DNA from: an uncultured virus (IMG/VR IMGVR_UViG_3300032324_000268)
Lineage: Duplodnaviria; Heunggongvirae; Uroviricota; Caudoviricetes
Strand: one strand, 5' to 3'
Length of the DNA: 64,000 bases
IMG/VR virus record: IMGVR_UViG_3300032324_000268
Part shown: positions 7,778 to 18,611 of the stretch, in pieces
Layout: each line of letters begins with the position of its first letter
How positions within the stretch are numbered: the stretch's first letter is position 1
Position numbers and translations under genes: made by a program
Notes under the pieces: model-generated
Databases searched by the model: none
Told to the model about the DNA's origin: nothing
Seen by the model: the letters and a program-made list of their open reading frames with translations, nothing else

Positions 7778-10144
7778 GTGCTTAATGACGCAACACTTTT
7801 AGTCGACGGGCAAGTCGATTGGTCTGGTGGTATGGACTCCAATATGAGTCCTCAATTGTTATCCGCCGACACAGTTTCCCGTGCGGTTAACGTAACTTTT
7901 CGGAGTGGTAAAGCCACCAATCGCCCGGGGTTTACGCAGTTGAGCCTATCTGACGGAACAAGCCCCGGTCTCGACGCTTTTGCTAGCGGGTACTACCAAG
8001 GCGGAATGCTCTATTCAGAAACTAGGGCTACAGCCGATTCTTCTTTGATTTGTGTTTGTGATGGATATGTGTTCAAGATCAACTTATCGACTGGTACCAC
8101 GGATCGCTTATACCCTCGAACGTCTGCTGGGCTGGATAACACATCGCATCGGCTTGACCCAGTAGCTAGGTGCTATTTTGTACGTGCTGAAAAGTACATG
8201 GTTATCCAAGATGGTGTTAGCACTCCTCTCATATTTGACGGAGACTATCTGTATGAATCTGGCATTGGGCCATCGCTATCGACTGGTTCAATTTCTCAGA
8301 TTCACAATATCGGGCCTGGTTCAATTATGGCTTACGGCCAAGGTCGCCTATTTGTAACAAACGTTGCGAAAACTAAGATTTACGCTGGTGATCTTATCTA
8401 TGGTGGCAGTACCTCTCAAGTTCAAATCACCAGTGGCGTGTTTACTTCCCCTTATTACCGACTAACCACTCTCTCTGATCATAAGCTTGCTATTGGCGAT
8501 GTAATTTCTATTTCTGGCCATTCCTCAGACCAAGTTATCAACGGAACTTGGTCAGTAAAAGCCGTACCAACAAGCACTACATTTGACATTGATTTCGGAA
8601 TAACTACCGCAACAGGCACTGGTGGCTATGTTACCGAGGCAAATCTTGGATCTGATTCGGATCTTCTTCGTTTTACTGAGCTTACCTATTTAAACGAAGG
8701 CGGAGCCCTTCAACCAGCTACGTTTTTGGGCAAGATCACGGGTCTTCAGTTTCTCCCTATGCAAGATACCGCTACGGGTCTCGGTGACTTGCTTGTTATG
8801 TGCGAGCGAGGGATTGTCTCACTTTCCGTTTCAGTAACCAGAACTTCTTGGAAAAACACCTCTGGATTCCAGCGTATCGTTCTAACCGATGTTGGTTGCG
8901 TGGGCCCGACAAGTGTTTGTTCGACTAACGGAGACGTATTCTTTCGAGCTTTCGATGGTCTTCGAACATATCGAAATGCACGAGCAGAAATTGGGCTATA
9001 TGGGCAAGTCCCAATCTCAACCGAGATGGAATACATTTTCAACAGCGACAGTCAAAACTATCTCGACTATGTGAGTGGCATTACCTTTGACAATCGTCTT
9101 CTCGTTACGTGTACTCCTAAGATTGATTATGCTAATAGCGATTACGCAACGACTGGAAAACTTAGGCCAGTTACCTTTGGCGGAATAGTTGCTCTAGACT
9201 TTACGTCAGTCACTGGTATCGGTGCACACAGAACCCCAGCTTACGATGGTGTGTGGACTGGTCTTGATGTTGTGCAGTTACACACAGGTCTTGTTGCCGG
9301 AAAACCAAAAGCTTTTGCTGTTAGTTTAGACTATACGAATTCTGGTTTGCTCGGTGTTTGGGAAATAACACGCTTCAACGAGTTTGATCAGACGTCCGAT
9401 GGAACAGAGTCGCCGATCAGATCTATTGTTGAGACTCGCGCCTTGTCTTGCGGAACCCCTCTCGAACAAAAGAAATTGATCAGAGCCGATATGTGGATTT
9501 CTGGGATTCAAGGTAATGTTGATTTCGAAGTTTATTGGCGTCCAGACGAGTACCCTTGTTGGCGTCCTTGGCACACCTTTACGCGTTGTTCGACTATGGG
9601 TAACTGTATTGTCGGAACTCCAGTCGTGGCAACTTCTTCTGGTTCGTGGACACTGACCTACAACTCCTCTGCGTTGCAACGATACAAGATTGTGGCTGAC
9701 AAGACCGCAACAACCGCACTTCAATTTGCTGACCAAGCCAACGACAGCAGTACTGTTTCTGCCGCACTTACGGCTGCGGGGATTACGCACGCTTCTGTTA
9801 CACGTTCCGGAACCTTCCCGAATTATGTTTATACAATTAACGGTCCAGTCAGCATTAGCGGAACTACGGTCTCCCGTCTAACAGTTACCCCGATTCAAAA
9901 CCCAACAAGTTCACAATGCGACGCCGACTTTGCCCCAAAAAATCTCCTTGCCCAGTACCGACCGCAAATTCGTCTTCCCACGCCTCCAGAGGATACCGAT
10001 CCTATTGTTAATAAACCATATACCTACGGAAACGATTTTCAGCTTAGGTTTGAGTGGGAGGGCAAAGCAACTATCAGTAGGTATCTTATCCTAGTTCAAC
10101 GTATCCTTGAGCAGTACCAAGGTATCGATTTTGTGGAGTTATAA
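7778..10144 (+). CDS. tail nozzle/tail tubular protein B-like
   Basis: 788 aa beta-rich; N-terminal WSGGMDS...AVNV pattern; position in tail module. Confidence 0.6.
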   Translation: MLNDATLLVDGQVDWSGGMDSNMSPQLLSADTVSRAVNVTFRSGKATNRPGFTQLSLSDGTSPGLDAFASGYYQGGMLYSETRATADSSLICVCDGYVFKINLSTGTTDRLYPRTSAGLDNTSHRLDPVARCYFVRAEKYMVIQDGVSTPLIFDGDYLYESGIGPSLSTGSISQIHNIGPGSIMAYGQGRLFVTNVAKTKIYAGDLIYGGSTSQVQITSGVFTSPYYRLTTLSDHKLAIGDVISISGHSSDQVINGTWSVKAVPTSTTFDIDFGITTATGTGGYVTEANLGSDSDLLRFTELTYLNEGGALQPATFLGKITGLQFLPMQDTATGLGDLLVMCERGIVSLSVSVTRTSWKNTSGFQRIVLTDVGCVGPTSVCSTNGDVFFRAFDGLRTYRNARAEIGLYGQVPISTEMEYIFNSDSQNYLDYVSGITFDNRLLVTCTPKIDYANSDYATTGKLRPVTFGGIVALDFTSVTGIGAHRTPAYDGVWTGLDVVQLHTGLVAGKPKAFAVSLDYTNSGLLGVWEITRFNEFDQTSDGTESPIRSIVETRALSCGTPLEQKKLIRADMWISGIQGNVDFEVYWRPDEYPCWRPWHTFTRCSTMGNCIVGTPVVATSSGSWTLTYNSSALQRYKIVADKTATTALQFADQANDSSTVSAALTAAGITHASVTRSGTFPNYVYTINGPVSISGTTVSRLTVTPIQNPTSSQCDADFAPKNLLAQYRPQIRLPTPPEDTDPIVNKPYTYGNDFQLRFEWEGKATISRYLILVQRILEQYQGIDFVEL

Positions 10145-10145
10145 T

Positions 10146-10310
10146 ATGGCTGACGAAACATGCGTAGAACTTGATTGTTGCCCACCACAACTACTTCAAT
10201 TTAGGACGTCCACATCTTCTCTGCTTTTAGCGGAAAATAACACTGGTGTTGGGGTTCCTGTCGACGGCTACACACTGTTGACAGAAGATAGTTTGGAGAT
10301 AAAAACGTAG
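10146..10310 (+). CDS. small tail-associated protein
   Basis: ATG 10146; LLTED motif typical of fibre connectors. Confidence 0.5.
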   Translation: MADETCVELDCCPPQLLQFRTSTSSLLLAENNTGVGVPVDGYTLLTEDSLEIKT

Positions 10311-10320
10311 TACCACCTAT

Positions 10321-12378
10321 ATGGCAGGCGTAAAAATTTCAGCTCTATCGTCTTCTGCTTCCTTTGCGGATACCGATGTTATACCAGTAGTATCTGGTGG
10401 TGTTACCAAAAAAGTCACCGGAGCCATCGTTAAGGCGGCTATTGGTGTTCCTGCGGCTGGAACAGTAGGTTCTACCCAGCTTGCTAACGGATCGGTAACC
10501 ACACCTAAATTTGCAACTGGTGCCGTTAATGCCGCGGCTCTTGGTGCTTTGTCGGTCGAGACAGCCAAAATTAATGATGCCGCGGTTACTACCCCCAAGA
10601 TTGCCGACGCCAACGTAACCCTCGGAAAGCTTGAAAATTCCGTTCAAGCCACTCTTTCACGAGCCAGTCAAGCTAGACCTGGGGGGACAATCCCAACTAC
10701 TGGCTCCGTTAAGGGTATTGTTGTTTTGAATGGCGGCTCTGGGTATACGGCTGGAGCTACTATTACTATTGCCGCTCCCCCTTCTGGAACTACGGCAACC
10801 GCAACCGCAACAATTGTTGGGGGGATAATCACTGCAATTACGATTGTAACCGAAGGTTCTGGGTATATCGATCAAAACCCAACAGTTACGATCACTCCTC
10901 CCACAATTGGAGACCCCGGAGCTGGTGCTCTAGCCGTTGCCTATGCAATGGTTAATCCTCTACTGGAAAGCGACGGTTGCAGATCAAGGACGGCAGCCTA
11001 TTCGTTTTTTGCCATAACCTCAAACGATCACATTGTCGTTGCTGGCGCAAATTACGCAGAGATAAACGCTACTGGACAAGCAAATACAGATTCTGTTACC
11101 CCAGTTAATTTACCTTTGGTTGACTCTTCTGGAAACTTTTACAAGCCTATTAGACTCTATTCTTCTGGCGACTCAGTTTACGCCCTTGCCAATGACGGTT
11201 CTTTATGGAGTGCTGGGTATAATGGGTATGGACAATTGGGTCGTGGATTTACCGGTGCCTCTGCAACATTTACACAAACCAATTCTGTTTTCCGTAAAAT
11301 TACTTTTGGTGCTGGCGGTGTTATAAAGAAGTTTGCGGTTAACGGTACAACTGGTAGCGGCCCAGCAACTTGTCTCGCACTTGCCGAAACTTCTGCTGGT
11401 CAAATTCTTTATGGTTGGGGTTACAATGGTAACGGACAACTTGGGAATGGCGGGACAGCGGACGTTAATACTCCACAAGTTTTATCATGCACCGATGGAG
11501 CTTCTACAATTACTGACATTATGTCAGTGGGGCGAGATACTTATGCTGTTTCTGTCGTACTTTTTTCTTCTGGTAGAGTAAAAGCCTCTGGATACAACGG
11601 GCAAGCTCAATTATCACGGGGTAACACTACCCAACCCGGCACACCAACGTTTGAGTTTGTAAACGTTTCGGCAAGTACTCCCTTAACAAATGTTGTTGAG
11701 ATAGCTGGTGCCGACGCAGCGTATGCCACTCTGTATTTTAGAACAAGTGGCGGTGTGATTTACTCTTGCGGTAATAATGGTGTAGGCGAATTAGGCAACG
11801 GGACTATTGTCAGCACATCAACCTATATGGTTCAAGTATCTGGTGGAGCAATGTTCAGAACAGACGCAACTCCCTCTATTTATGCTACTGGAGCCTATGA
11901 CAGAGGCTTTGTTTTTGCGTTCAAGGCTAACGGAGAACTTGTTGCTTGGGGAACCAACATTCACGGAAACCTTGGTTTGGGTGACGTTGCAAATCGTAAT
12001 ACTCCAAATCTTGTTTCTGGCTTTACTTTTAGTAACGTTTCAAAAATTAAAACAATTACTTTTGAGAACCCCTCTTACTATTACTCTTTGTCAGCAATTC
12101 TAAAAACGGACGGATCGCTCTTTGCTGCTGGGTATAATGGGTATGGAAATCTTGGAATAGGGATCGAATCATCAACAGAGAATGTTTTTAGACAAGTGCC
12201 TTTTCCAAAAACTGCGATCAGAGATGTGTTTTTCGTAGGACGTTTTTCGTACTATCCATATTTAGCTATTGCAACTAATTCGGGCAGCGTATTTACCACT
12301 GGTCTAAACTACGGCGGAAACGGTTTGCGTGGGTCTAACGCAACCTATGTCACAACTCACGTCCAAGGACTTATATAA
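10321..12378 (+). CDS. tail fibre/receptor-binding protein with RCC1-like repeats
   Basis: Repeated xGYNGxGQLG motifs; N-terminal VKISAL and VTTPKIAD repeats. Confidence 0.8.
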   Translation: MAGVKISALSSSASFADTDVIPVVSGGVTKKVTGAIVKAAIGVPAAGTVGSTQLANGSVTTPKFATGAVNAAALGALSVETAKINDAAVTTPKIADANVTLGKLENSVQATLSRASQARPGGTIPTTGSVKGIVVLNGGSGYTAGATITIAAPPSGTTATATATIVGGIITAITIVTEGSGYIDQNPTVTITPPTIGDPGAGALAVAYAMVNPLLESDGCRSRTAAYSFFAITSNDHIVVAGANYAEINATGQANTDSVTPVNLPLVDSSGNFYKPIRLYSSGDSVYALANDGSLWSAGYNGYGQLGRGFTGASATFTQTNSVFRKITFGAGGVIKKFAVNGTTGSGPATCLALAETSAGQILYGWGYNGNGQLGNGGTADVNTPQVLSCTDGASTITDIMSVGRDTYAVSVVLFSSGRVKASGYNGQAQLSRGNTTQPGTPTFEFVNVSASTPLTNVVEIAGADAAYATLYFRTSGGVIYSCGNNGVGELGNGTIVSTSTYMVQVSGGAMFRTDATPSIYATGAYDRGFVFAFKANGELVAWGTNIHGNLGLGDVANRNTPNLVSGFTFSNVSKIKTITFENPSYYYSLSAILKTDGSLFAAGYNGYGNLGIGIESSTENVFRQVPFPKTAIRDVFFVGRFSYYPYLAIATNSGSVFTTGLNYGGNGLRGSNATYVTTHVQGLI

Positions 12379-12836
12379 TGCCTCTTATACCAGGAACACT
12401 TCCTCCAGATACGTGCTACGGAACTCCGCAGTCGTTGCTCGAGTTATTTTCTCAGTATCTGGACGCTATTCCCTCCGCCTCTAATACGTCTGTTCAGTCC
12501 GTTGCTTGGGTTGAATTCGACGTTACCGCAGCTGGTTCAAATCCTCGCACTGTCGCCAACAACGGAATCAAACGCCAGTACAATGTGGCTAGCGTCAACC
12601 GAACTGCCACTGGGGTTTATGCTGTTTCTTTTACAACCTCACTTTCTTCTGCAAACTATACGGTAAACGCCAATATCGGTTTGGCTTCTGGAGCTCCTTC
12701 TGGAACAACTCAGCCAGTCATTTCTTATCACACTAAAACAGCTTCTGGGTTTTCTGTCAGCTTGCTTACTGGTGGGACTGGAACTGCCGCTGACCTTACC
12801 AACGGACTTGTCTCGATCGTGGTATTCGGGAGTTAA
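12378..12836 (+). CDS. tail fibre-associated protein
   Basis: AWVEFD...YNVASVNRTATGVYAVSFT fibre motif. Confidence 0.6.
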   Translation: MPLIPGTLPPDTCYGTPQSLLELFSQYLDAIPSASNTSVQSVAWVEFDVTAAGSNPRTVANNGIKRQYNVASVNRTATGVYAVSFTTSLSSANYTVNANIGLASGAPSGTTQPVISYHTKTASGFSVSLLTGGTGTAADLTNGLVSIVVFGS

Positions 12837-12839
12837 ACT

Positions 12840-14135
12840 ATGGCCATTACTCTTTCAGAGGCCAAAGCTTTTCTAGCACCCTATGTCGACAATGGTATTT
12901 ATCCTGGTGACGATCGGGTAATCGCTCGTATCAATGAAGCCCAACGTCGGCTACATAGTTATCGTGCTTGGCTTGGTGTTATGGCCAAGTTTTCTGTTAA
13001 CGTTGTTGGAAATACTTTCGATCTACCCGCCCCTACTGGTAACTTAAGCACATTTGCTGGATTTGGCCTAGAATCCGCAACACGCATTGCAGAGACTTCT
13101 GTTCCAGTTGGCTTTATGACAAACGATGTCCAAGCCTTTATCGGGGATAGCGGGTCTCTTGTTATGGTAAGGTTTGCAGCAGCTGTCGGGAATTTTAAAA
13201 CATTCGAGCTAATCGGCGACAGCGTGAACGTTGTTCGTGTTGAGGTAACTGGGAAACTGAACTATGTCCCAGCTGTCAACGATACCGACCTATTGGTTAT
13301 TCAAGATTTGGATGCCTTGAAGCTTATGGTTCTAGGCTTGTGGCGCGAACAAGGGGGTCAACTAGATGTTGCAAAAGGGTTTATTGACCAAGCCGTTGAC
13401 AGACTGACTACAAAGACTGACAGAGCCATCGAAGCGGCTAGGCGTGTCAATTTCCAGTCCCAAGTATATTCTAGTATACCAGACTCGCTTGGTGATTACC
13501 GAGCACGCCTTGCTTTAGATTTGGCTGACGGAGTTAAAATCGCAGATGCCGAACTGGTTAATATAATTAACGACGCAGAAGAGACAATCTTTGCTCGCGG
13601 TCGTTGGTACGGAACCATCGAGCGTTATCGGTTCAATGTTACGGAGACGAACGAGATTTTGATTCCCAGTACAATTGGAGCACTACTTCACGTCAGCATG
13701 AACAACGTGCCAACCTATATTTTTGATCGCAACCACGATTTTCACGAGAATGGACGCGGATTTAACGAACGAGACTCTCAAGGCTATAACCTCCTTATTG
13801 ATCGCGGAGAAGTCTTCGCAAACGGTGCTTGGCACCGAAAGTATTTTATTCGTGATGGCGGTAGACCAGAGTGCATTGAAGTTCTTGCCAAAAAACGATG
13901 GTTACCCAAAAATCTTGATTCTGACTTAATGGATATCCGAAACTTTCAAGCTATTAAAGAGATGGTGATGGCAATCCAAGCGGCTAAAGACAAACCAGAA
14001 CTCTCTAAATTTTATGAGGATCGATGCATATCCCTCTTACAAAAGCAACTCACCGAAATGCGTGGTGGGGCTAGAACTATGGTTCAAGTCCAGATGCCAG
14101 CATTCGCCACCAGCGGAATCCCCGCCTTAATTTAA
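12840..14135 (+). CDS. head-tail adaptor (tail tubular protein A-like), internally duplicated
   Basis: INEAQRRL...W and INDAEETI...W repeated halves. Confidence 0.55.
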   Translation: MAITLSEAKAFLAPYVDNGIYPGDDRVIARINEAQRRLHSYRAWLGVMAKFSVNVVGNTFDLPAPTGNLSTFAGFGLESATRIAETSVPVGFMTNDVQAFIGDSGSLVMVRFAAAVGNFKTFELIGDSVNVVRVEVTGKLNYVPAVNDTDLLVIQDLDALKLMVLGLWREQGGQLDVAKGFIDQAVDRLTTKTDRAIEAARRVNFQSQVYSSIPDSLGDYRARLALDLADGVKIADAELVNIINDAEETIFARGRWYGTIERYRFNVTETNEILIPSTIGALLHVSMNNVPTYIFDRNHDFHENGRGFNERDSQGYNLLIDRGEVFANGAWHRKYFIRDGGRPECIEVLAKKRWLPKNLDSDLMDIRNFQAIKEMVMAIQAAKDKPELSKFYEDRCISLLQKQLTEMRGGARTMVQVQMPAFATSGIPALI

Positions 14136-14136
14136 T

Positions 14137-14283
14137 ATGCCAGCCTCAGTAACAACCGAATGTACGTATGATACCTTGGTATACGCCACGGAATGCTTAC
14201 CTGGGGTGTACTATTGGCAAGACTATGATTTAATAGGTGAGAACTGGGAGCAACTAACCGACAACTGGGAGGCATTAGCATGA
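14137..14283 (+). CDS. small acidic Trp-rich protein (48 aa)
   Basis: MPASVTTEC...ENWEQLTDNWEALA; ATGA overlap with next gene; not in ORF track. Confidence 0.6.
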   Translation: MPASVTTECTYDTLVYATECLPGVYYWQDYDLIGENWEQLTDNWEALA

Positions 14284-15965
14284 GTACATTGACAGGACGG
14301 ACAATTGCGGATTCGTATAAGGAGCTGTTAAAAACATCTTCGACAACTGGGCTGTCCTCGTCGCCAGTAACGATCGAAGACGGAGACGCAACAGTTTCAG
14401 CTCTTTCACTTTCTACTACTGGGGTTTATTCCTCCGGGGCTCTTCAAGTTTCTGGTCTTTCTTCTCTAAACAGCTTAAGTGTCTCAAGCACGTCAGTCTT
14501 TTCGGGTTTAGCTACCTTTACGCAAGCTTCTATAGCTTCGGGGAGTATCGCAAATTCGGTCGTCATCAGCAAATCTCCAGTTATCACATTAGCGGGTGAT
14601 TTGTCTGGGAGCGTTACACTGACTGACTTAGGCAGTGGGACTTTGACTGCAACCATATCTTCAAACTCTACTACTTTAGGAACAGATACTACTGGGAACT
14701 ACGTTGCCACTATTGCTGGCACCGCAAACGAAATCTCGGTTGCCGGATCTGGATCAGAAACAGCAAACGTAACACTGTCGTTGCCAGCCACGCTTTCTTT
14801 TGCCAGTAAGACCATTACGGACTTGGGTTCGGTAACTACCGCCCAGATTAATGGCGGAACGATTAACGGAACATCAATTGGTGCCACCACTCCTTCTACC
14901 GCAATTTTTTCTACAGCGACTTTATCCGATCAAGGCCAATTAAGACTTCGTGAACTTACAGCTAACGGGTCTGATTACGTTGCTTTGCAAAGCCCAGCCT
15001 CCCTAGCTTCGAGCTATACTATTACGCTCCCTTCCGCAAACGGCGCAGCTGGTTATGCTTTAATCACGGACGGAGCTGGAAACCTCTCTTGGCAGAACCC
15101 ATATGGTGGTGGAGCCACGAACACGATTGGTGCTGGGGATTCTTCTCTCTCAGTCGCCGACCCAGGCACTGGAACAATCACCGGCTCTATCGATGGGGTC
15201 AATCGAATTGTAGTTAACTCTACTGGTGTTGCCATAACTGGCACACTATCGGTTAGCGGAGCAATTAGCGGAACGGCTTCCAGCGCAAATACGCTTTCGA
15301 CGGGCAGAAACTTCTCGATCACTGGGGACGTCACTGCCTCAGCCGTTTCTTTCAACGGATCTGGAGATGTCGCCCTTGCTTCAACTTTAGCTAGCGGAGT
15401 CGTAAACAACGCAAACGTTGGAGCTTCCGCCGCAATCGCCTTTTCAAAACTTGCTAGTTTGACATCTGGGAATGTCTTAGTCGGAAATGCTTCAAATGTT
15501 CCAACTTCAGTTGCGATGTCTGGTGATGCCACCATATCTAATACTGGTGCCGTAACGATTGCAAACAACGCAATCACGAACGCAAAGGTTTCGTCTTCAG
15601 CCGCGATTGATTTTTCCAAACTCGGGTCGCTAGCTACTGGCCAGATTGTTGTCGGTAACGCTGGAGTTGCCACCGCTACGACTCTCGGTGGTGATGCGAC
15701 GATCGGTGCGACTGGGACTTTGACGATCGCCAACAACGCAATCACTACATCCAAGATACTTGATGGTGCTGTTACTTACGCAAAAATTGATCCAGCTGCG
15801 ATCTCTTTGTTTAATCAGTTCTATGGATTTCGCTTGAGCGGTACCCATCTGATTATGGATTACGGATCTGGAACTTGGGTTAAATCAAACTATATCGACA
15901 GCATGTTTGCACCTTTTACAAACGTGGTGGTTAACGCTTTAGGCCATTTGGTCGGCACGTTTTAA
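14280..15965 (+). CDS. tail fibre protein
   Basis: S/T/G/A-rich; repeats SGDATI..TG..TIANNAIT; LITDGAGNLSW motif. Confidence 0.75.
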   Translation: MSTLTGRTIADSYKELLKTSSTTGLSSSPVTIEDGDATVSALSLSTTGVYSSGALQVSGLSSLNSLSVSSTSVFSGLATFTQASIASGSIANSVVISKSPVITLAGDLSGSVTLTDLGSGTLTATISSNSTTLGTDTTGNYVATIAGTANEISVAGSGSETANVTLSLPATLSFASKTITDLGSVTTAQINGGTINGTSIGATTPSTAIFSTATLSDQGQLRLRELTANGSDYVALQSPASLASSYTITLPSANGAAGYALITDGAGNLSWQNPYGGGATNTIGAGDSSLSVADPGTGTITGSIDGVNRIVVNSTGVAITGTLSVSGAISGTASSANTLSTGRNFSITGDVTASAVSFNGSGDVALASTLASGVVNNANVGASAAIAFSKLASLTSGNVLVGNASNVPTSVAMSGDATISNTGAVTIANNAITNAKVSSSAAIDFSKLGSLATGQIVVGNAGVATATTLGGDATIGATGTLTIANNAITTSKILDGAVTYAKIDPAAISLFNQFYGFRLSGTHLIMDYGSGTWVKSNYIDSMFAPFTNVVVNALGHLVGTF

Positions 15966-16011
15966 GGACTTGACAACAATCTCATAAACATTAACATTCG
16001 AGGAATCAAAT

Positions 16012-18162
16012 ATGGCAACTTTAGATCTTGGTAAAATTAAATTTGTTTGGCGGGGAGCTTATAGCGGTGCGACCGCTTATGAAACTGATGACGTTGTGTC
16101 TTATCAAGGCTCTTCGTATATCTGTATCCTAAACTCTACTGGTAATCTACCAACTAATACGACCTACTGGAATCTTCTGGCTCAAGGCAGTGATCTCACA
16201 ATCCTAAACACCCAAGGTCAAATTTTGTATCGGGGAGCTTCTGGGCTAGAAGTTCTTCCGCCAACTACTTCTGGCTTCATTCTCAGAACCAATGGAAGCG
16301 GAGCTAACCCTTCTTGGGCATCCGCTAGTTCAATTGTTGATCCTGCTTCCAGAATTGCCAAACTTAGGTATCCATCTTGCGGCTTCGGAGCTGGTGGCAC
16401 AAACGGAACTCACGTCGTTTCACAAGACGGACGAGTGTACTATAGTGGAGCTGCGATAAATTTAGCTGGTGTTGGATCAACTAGCGCAACTACAACTGGT
16501 GACTTAAACGCAACATTTGCCTCGGTTCCAGCAAGACAAGCTACGTTACCACGCGGTGCTAAAGCAGTATCGGTTTACGACTTTTTCGATTCCTCTTTTG
16601 TTGTGGATGATAACGGTAGGCTTTATGCGGCTGGAGACAATACCACTGGTAAGCTCGGTCTCGGAATGGTGGCTAACGGAGCTACTAGTACGTCGACTTC
16701 TGACGTAACGGCTCGTTCGAAATACTGCGAAGTAGTTTTCCCAACGCACAACTATCCTTCTTCTGGCTCGACAAATCGTCCAAAGATCGTGCAAGTATTC
16801 AGCTCATGCCAAGACAACACTGTGGCGAGTGGGGCTTGTTTTGCGATCGACTCTTTAGGTTTCCTTTGGGCTTGGGGTGCAAATACAGCTAACAGCGTTC
16901 TTGGAATTGGCACTGGTTTTGGTGCGGCGATTCACAATCCTGTTCGCATACCAACGTTTATGGCTACTGGTTCAGTTGCTCTTAACTCTGGTATCAACCA
17001 GCCAGCCTCTTCTGGAACTCGTCGTAGGATTAAGAAAGTAACTGCGATTGGACCTACTTCTGAATTCTTTGCTCTTGTAGAAGAAGCAGACGTTAGCGTT
17101 GGTTCTGATTCTGGTGTTTGGTATTGGGGAACCAACTCTGGAGCTATGGCTCTTGGCAACAACACTGCTTCTTATGTTTCAACTCCTACTCAGTTTTCTA
17201 GAGGTGCTCTTGGACTGAATGCTGGCGAATACGTTGTAGACATAATCGCAAACGATTCTGGCTCAACTGGTGTCGCAGGAACCTTGACTATTCTTACAAG
17301 CACTGGAAGAATGTTGGCTGGTGGGACAAATAGTTCCGGTGTTCTTGGGCAAGGTGGCATTGTAAACGTCTTTGGAAACTTTGTAGTTATCCCCACAACA
17401 AATATCGCAGCCGGTATTACCTGGGCTATACCAACGACTTGGACAGTGCCAGCTGGAATGACGACCGGCGACTTCAATACGGAATGGACTCCAGAAACGT
17501 ACCAAGCACAATTTGATGCTGTTTTTGACAAAAGCTGGGCTTTCCACGGAGCTATGCGATATGGCAAAGCTTCTACCGGAGTTTGGGCTTTCTGGGGCAC
17601 GCAAATGGCCACTGGTGTTGGCGCAGCTGGCGTCGGAGATTTAGTGGCAGCAAAGTATTCTCCAGTTGCTCTTTCATTTAGAGATTCCCAACACGAAGAC
17701 ACTGCAGATTATAGGACATCTTCAGACGCTTTCTCGTCATTCACTCTTACAACTGGTAACGCCACTCCTGGGTTTACTATCAAGCAGATCGAGGTTGGGG
17801 CATCTTCGGATGGCGTAAAATCAGCAACTATTGTTATTACGTCAAACGATCGTGTTTATGTTGCGGGGGATAACGCCGGTGGAACTGGAGGAACTGGAGA
17901 CTATTTTGTAAATACTGGATTTTTCAGACGAGTCCGAATTGATTCCGCAATCTTGCAAGGGGGTCAAAAAACAATTGTTGATGCTAGATACGTTGGTGGT
18001 CAAGGACTTCTCGCCGCTCGTTTACCAAGTTTTCAGATTCTTCTTAGCAGCGGTGAAGTCTACGCATGGGGTCAATCTACTGTTGGAAGTAGCGGTCTCT
18101 CTGCTACCACACCTACCCCAGCCCGTGTCGCCTATGGGGCAGAAACGAGGAACGCAGCATGA
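16012..18162 (+). CDS. tail fibre/receptor-binding protein with RCC1-like repeats
   Basis: MATLDLGKIKFVWRG N-terminal module; xWGxNxxGxLG repeats; own promoter TTGACA-N16-TAACAT at 15970. Confidence 0.75.
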   Translation: MATLDLGKIKFVWRGAYSGATAYETDDVVSYQGSSYICILNSTGNLPTNTTYWNLLAQGSDLTILNTQGQILYRGASGLEVLPPTTSGFILRTNGSGANPSWASASSIVDPASRIAKLRYPSCGFGAGGTNGTHVVSQDGRVYYSGAAINLAGVGSTSATTTGDLNATFASVPARQATLPRGAKAVSVYDFFDSSFVVDDNGRLYAAGDNTTGKLGLGMVANGATSTSTSDVTARSKYCEVVFPTHNYPSSGSTNRPKIVQVFSSCQDNTVASGACFAIDSLGFLWAWGANTANSVLGIGTGFGAAIHNPVRIPTFMATGSVALNSGINQPASSGTRRRIKKVTAIGPTSEFFALVEEADVSVGSDSGVWYWGTNSGAMALGNNTASYVSTPTQFSRGALGLNAGEYVVDIIANDSGSTGVAGTLTILTSTGRMLAGGTNSSGVLGQGGIVNVFGNFVVIPTTNIAAGITWAIPTTWTVPAGMTTGDFNTEWTPETYQAQFDAVFDKSWAFHGAMRYGKASTGVWAFWGTQMATGVGAAGVGDLVAAKYSPVALSFRDSQHEDTADYRTSSDAFSSFTLTTGNATPGFTIKQIEVGASSDGVKSATIVITSNDRVYVAGDNAGGTGGTGDYFVNTGFFRRVRIDSAILQGGQKTIVDARYVGGQGLLAARLPSFQILLSSGEVYAWGQSTVGSSGLSATTPTPARVAYGAETRNAA

Positions 18163-18509
18163 TCATTGTATCCAGAACAATCCTAAGCCAGCCAGAAAAC
18201 GCAACGCTTGTACACCTTGGGGAAAACGGCCAAGGCTATGTTTATAGGACTAACGATTTAGAATCTGTTACTGCGTCAAACTCCTTAGCCTCTATTTCCG
18301 TAATTCCTCAGAGCGAATACAAGGAACTTCGCAAAGTTCTGTCGTCTTGCATTCAGATTAACCAGAACACCCAATCCAAAATTCGAGCAAAATATTCTAT
18401 TGAAGCCGAGTTAGCGGCTCTTCGTACAAACGACGAGGAATACAGAGACTTCGTTAACGAAGTGATTGCAGAACACAATACCGCTAAAGACGAATTGTTT
18501 TTCGGTTAG
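18159..18509 (+). CDS. tail fibre chaperone-like protein
   Basis: IRAKYSIEAELA motif; ATGA overlap with fibre gene. Confidence 0.45.
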   Translation: MIIVSRTILSQPENATLVHLGENGQGYVYRTNDLESVTASNSLASISVIPQSEYKELRKVLSSCIQINQNTQSKIRAKYSIEAELAALRTNDEEYRDFVNEVIAEHNTAKDELFFG

Positions 18510-18611
18510 TTTGTGCGCCCGTGAATTGGGCAATTCCAAAAACTTTGTGGCTTAACCGCAGAGCTACAACACCTTGACAAAATGGATGCATCAAACAAAA
18601 TAGAGCACCCT

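Noticed and set aside
12530..12550. GGTTCAAATCC T-loop-like sequence
   Set aside because: Inside a CDS; no cloverleaf
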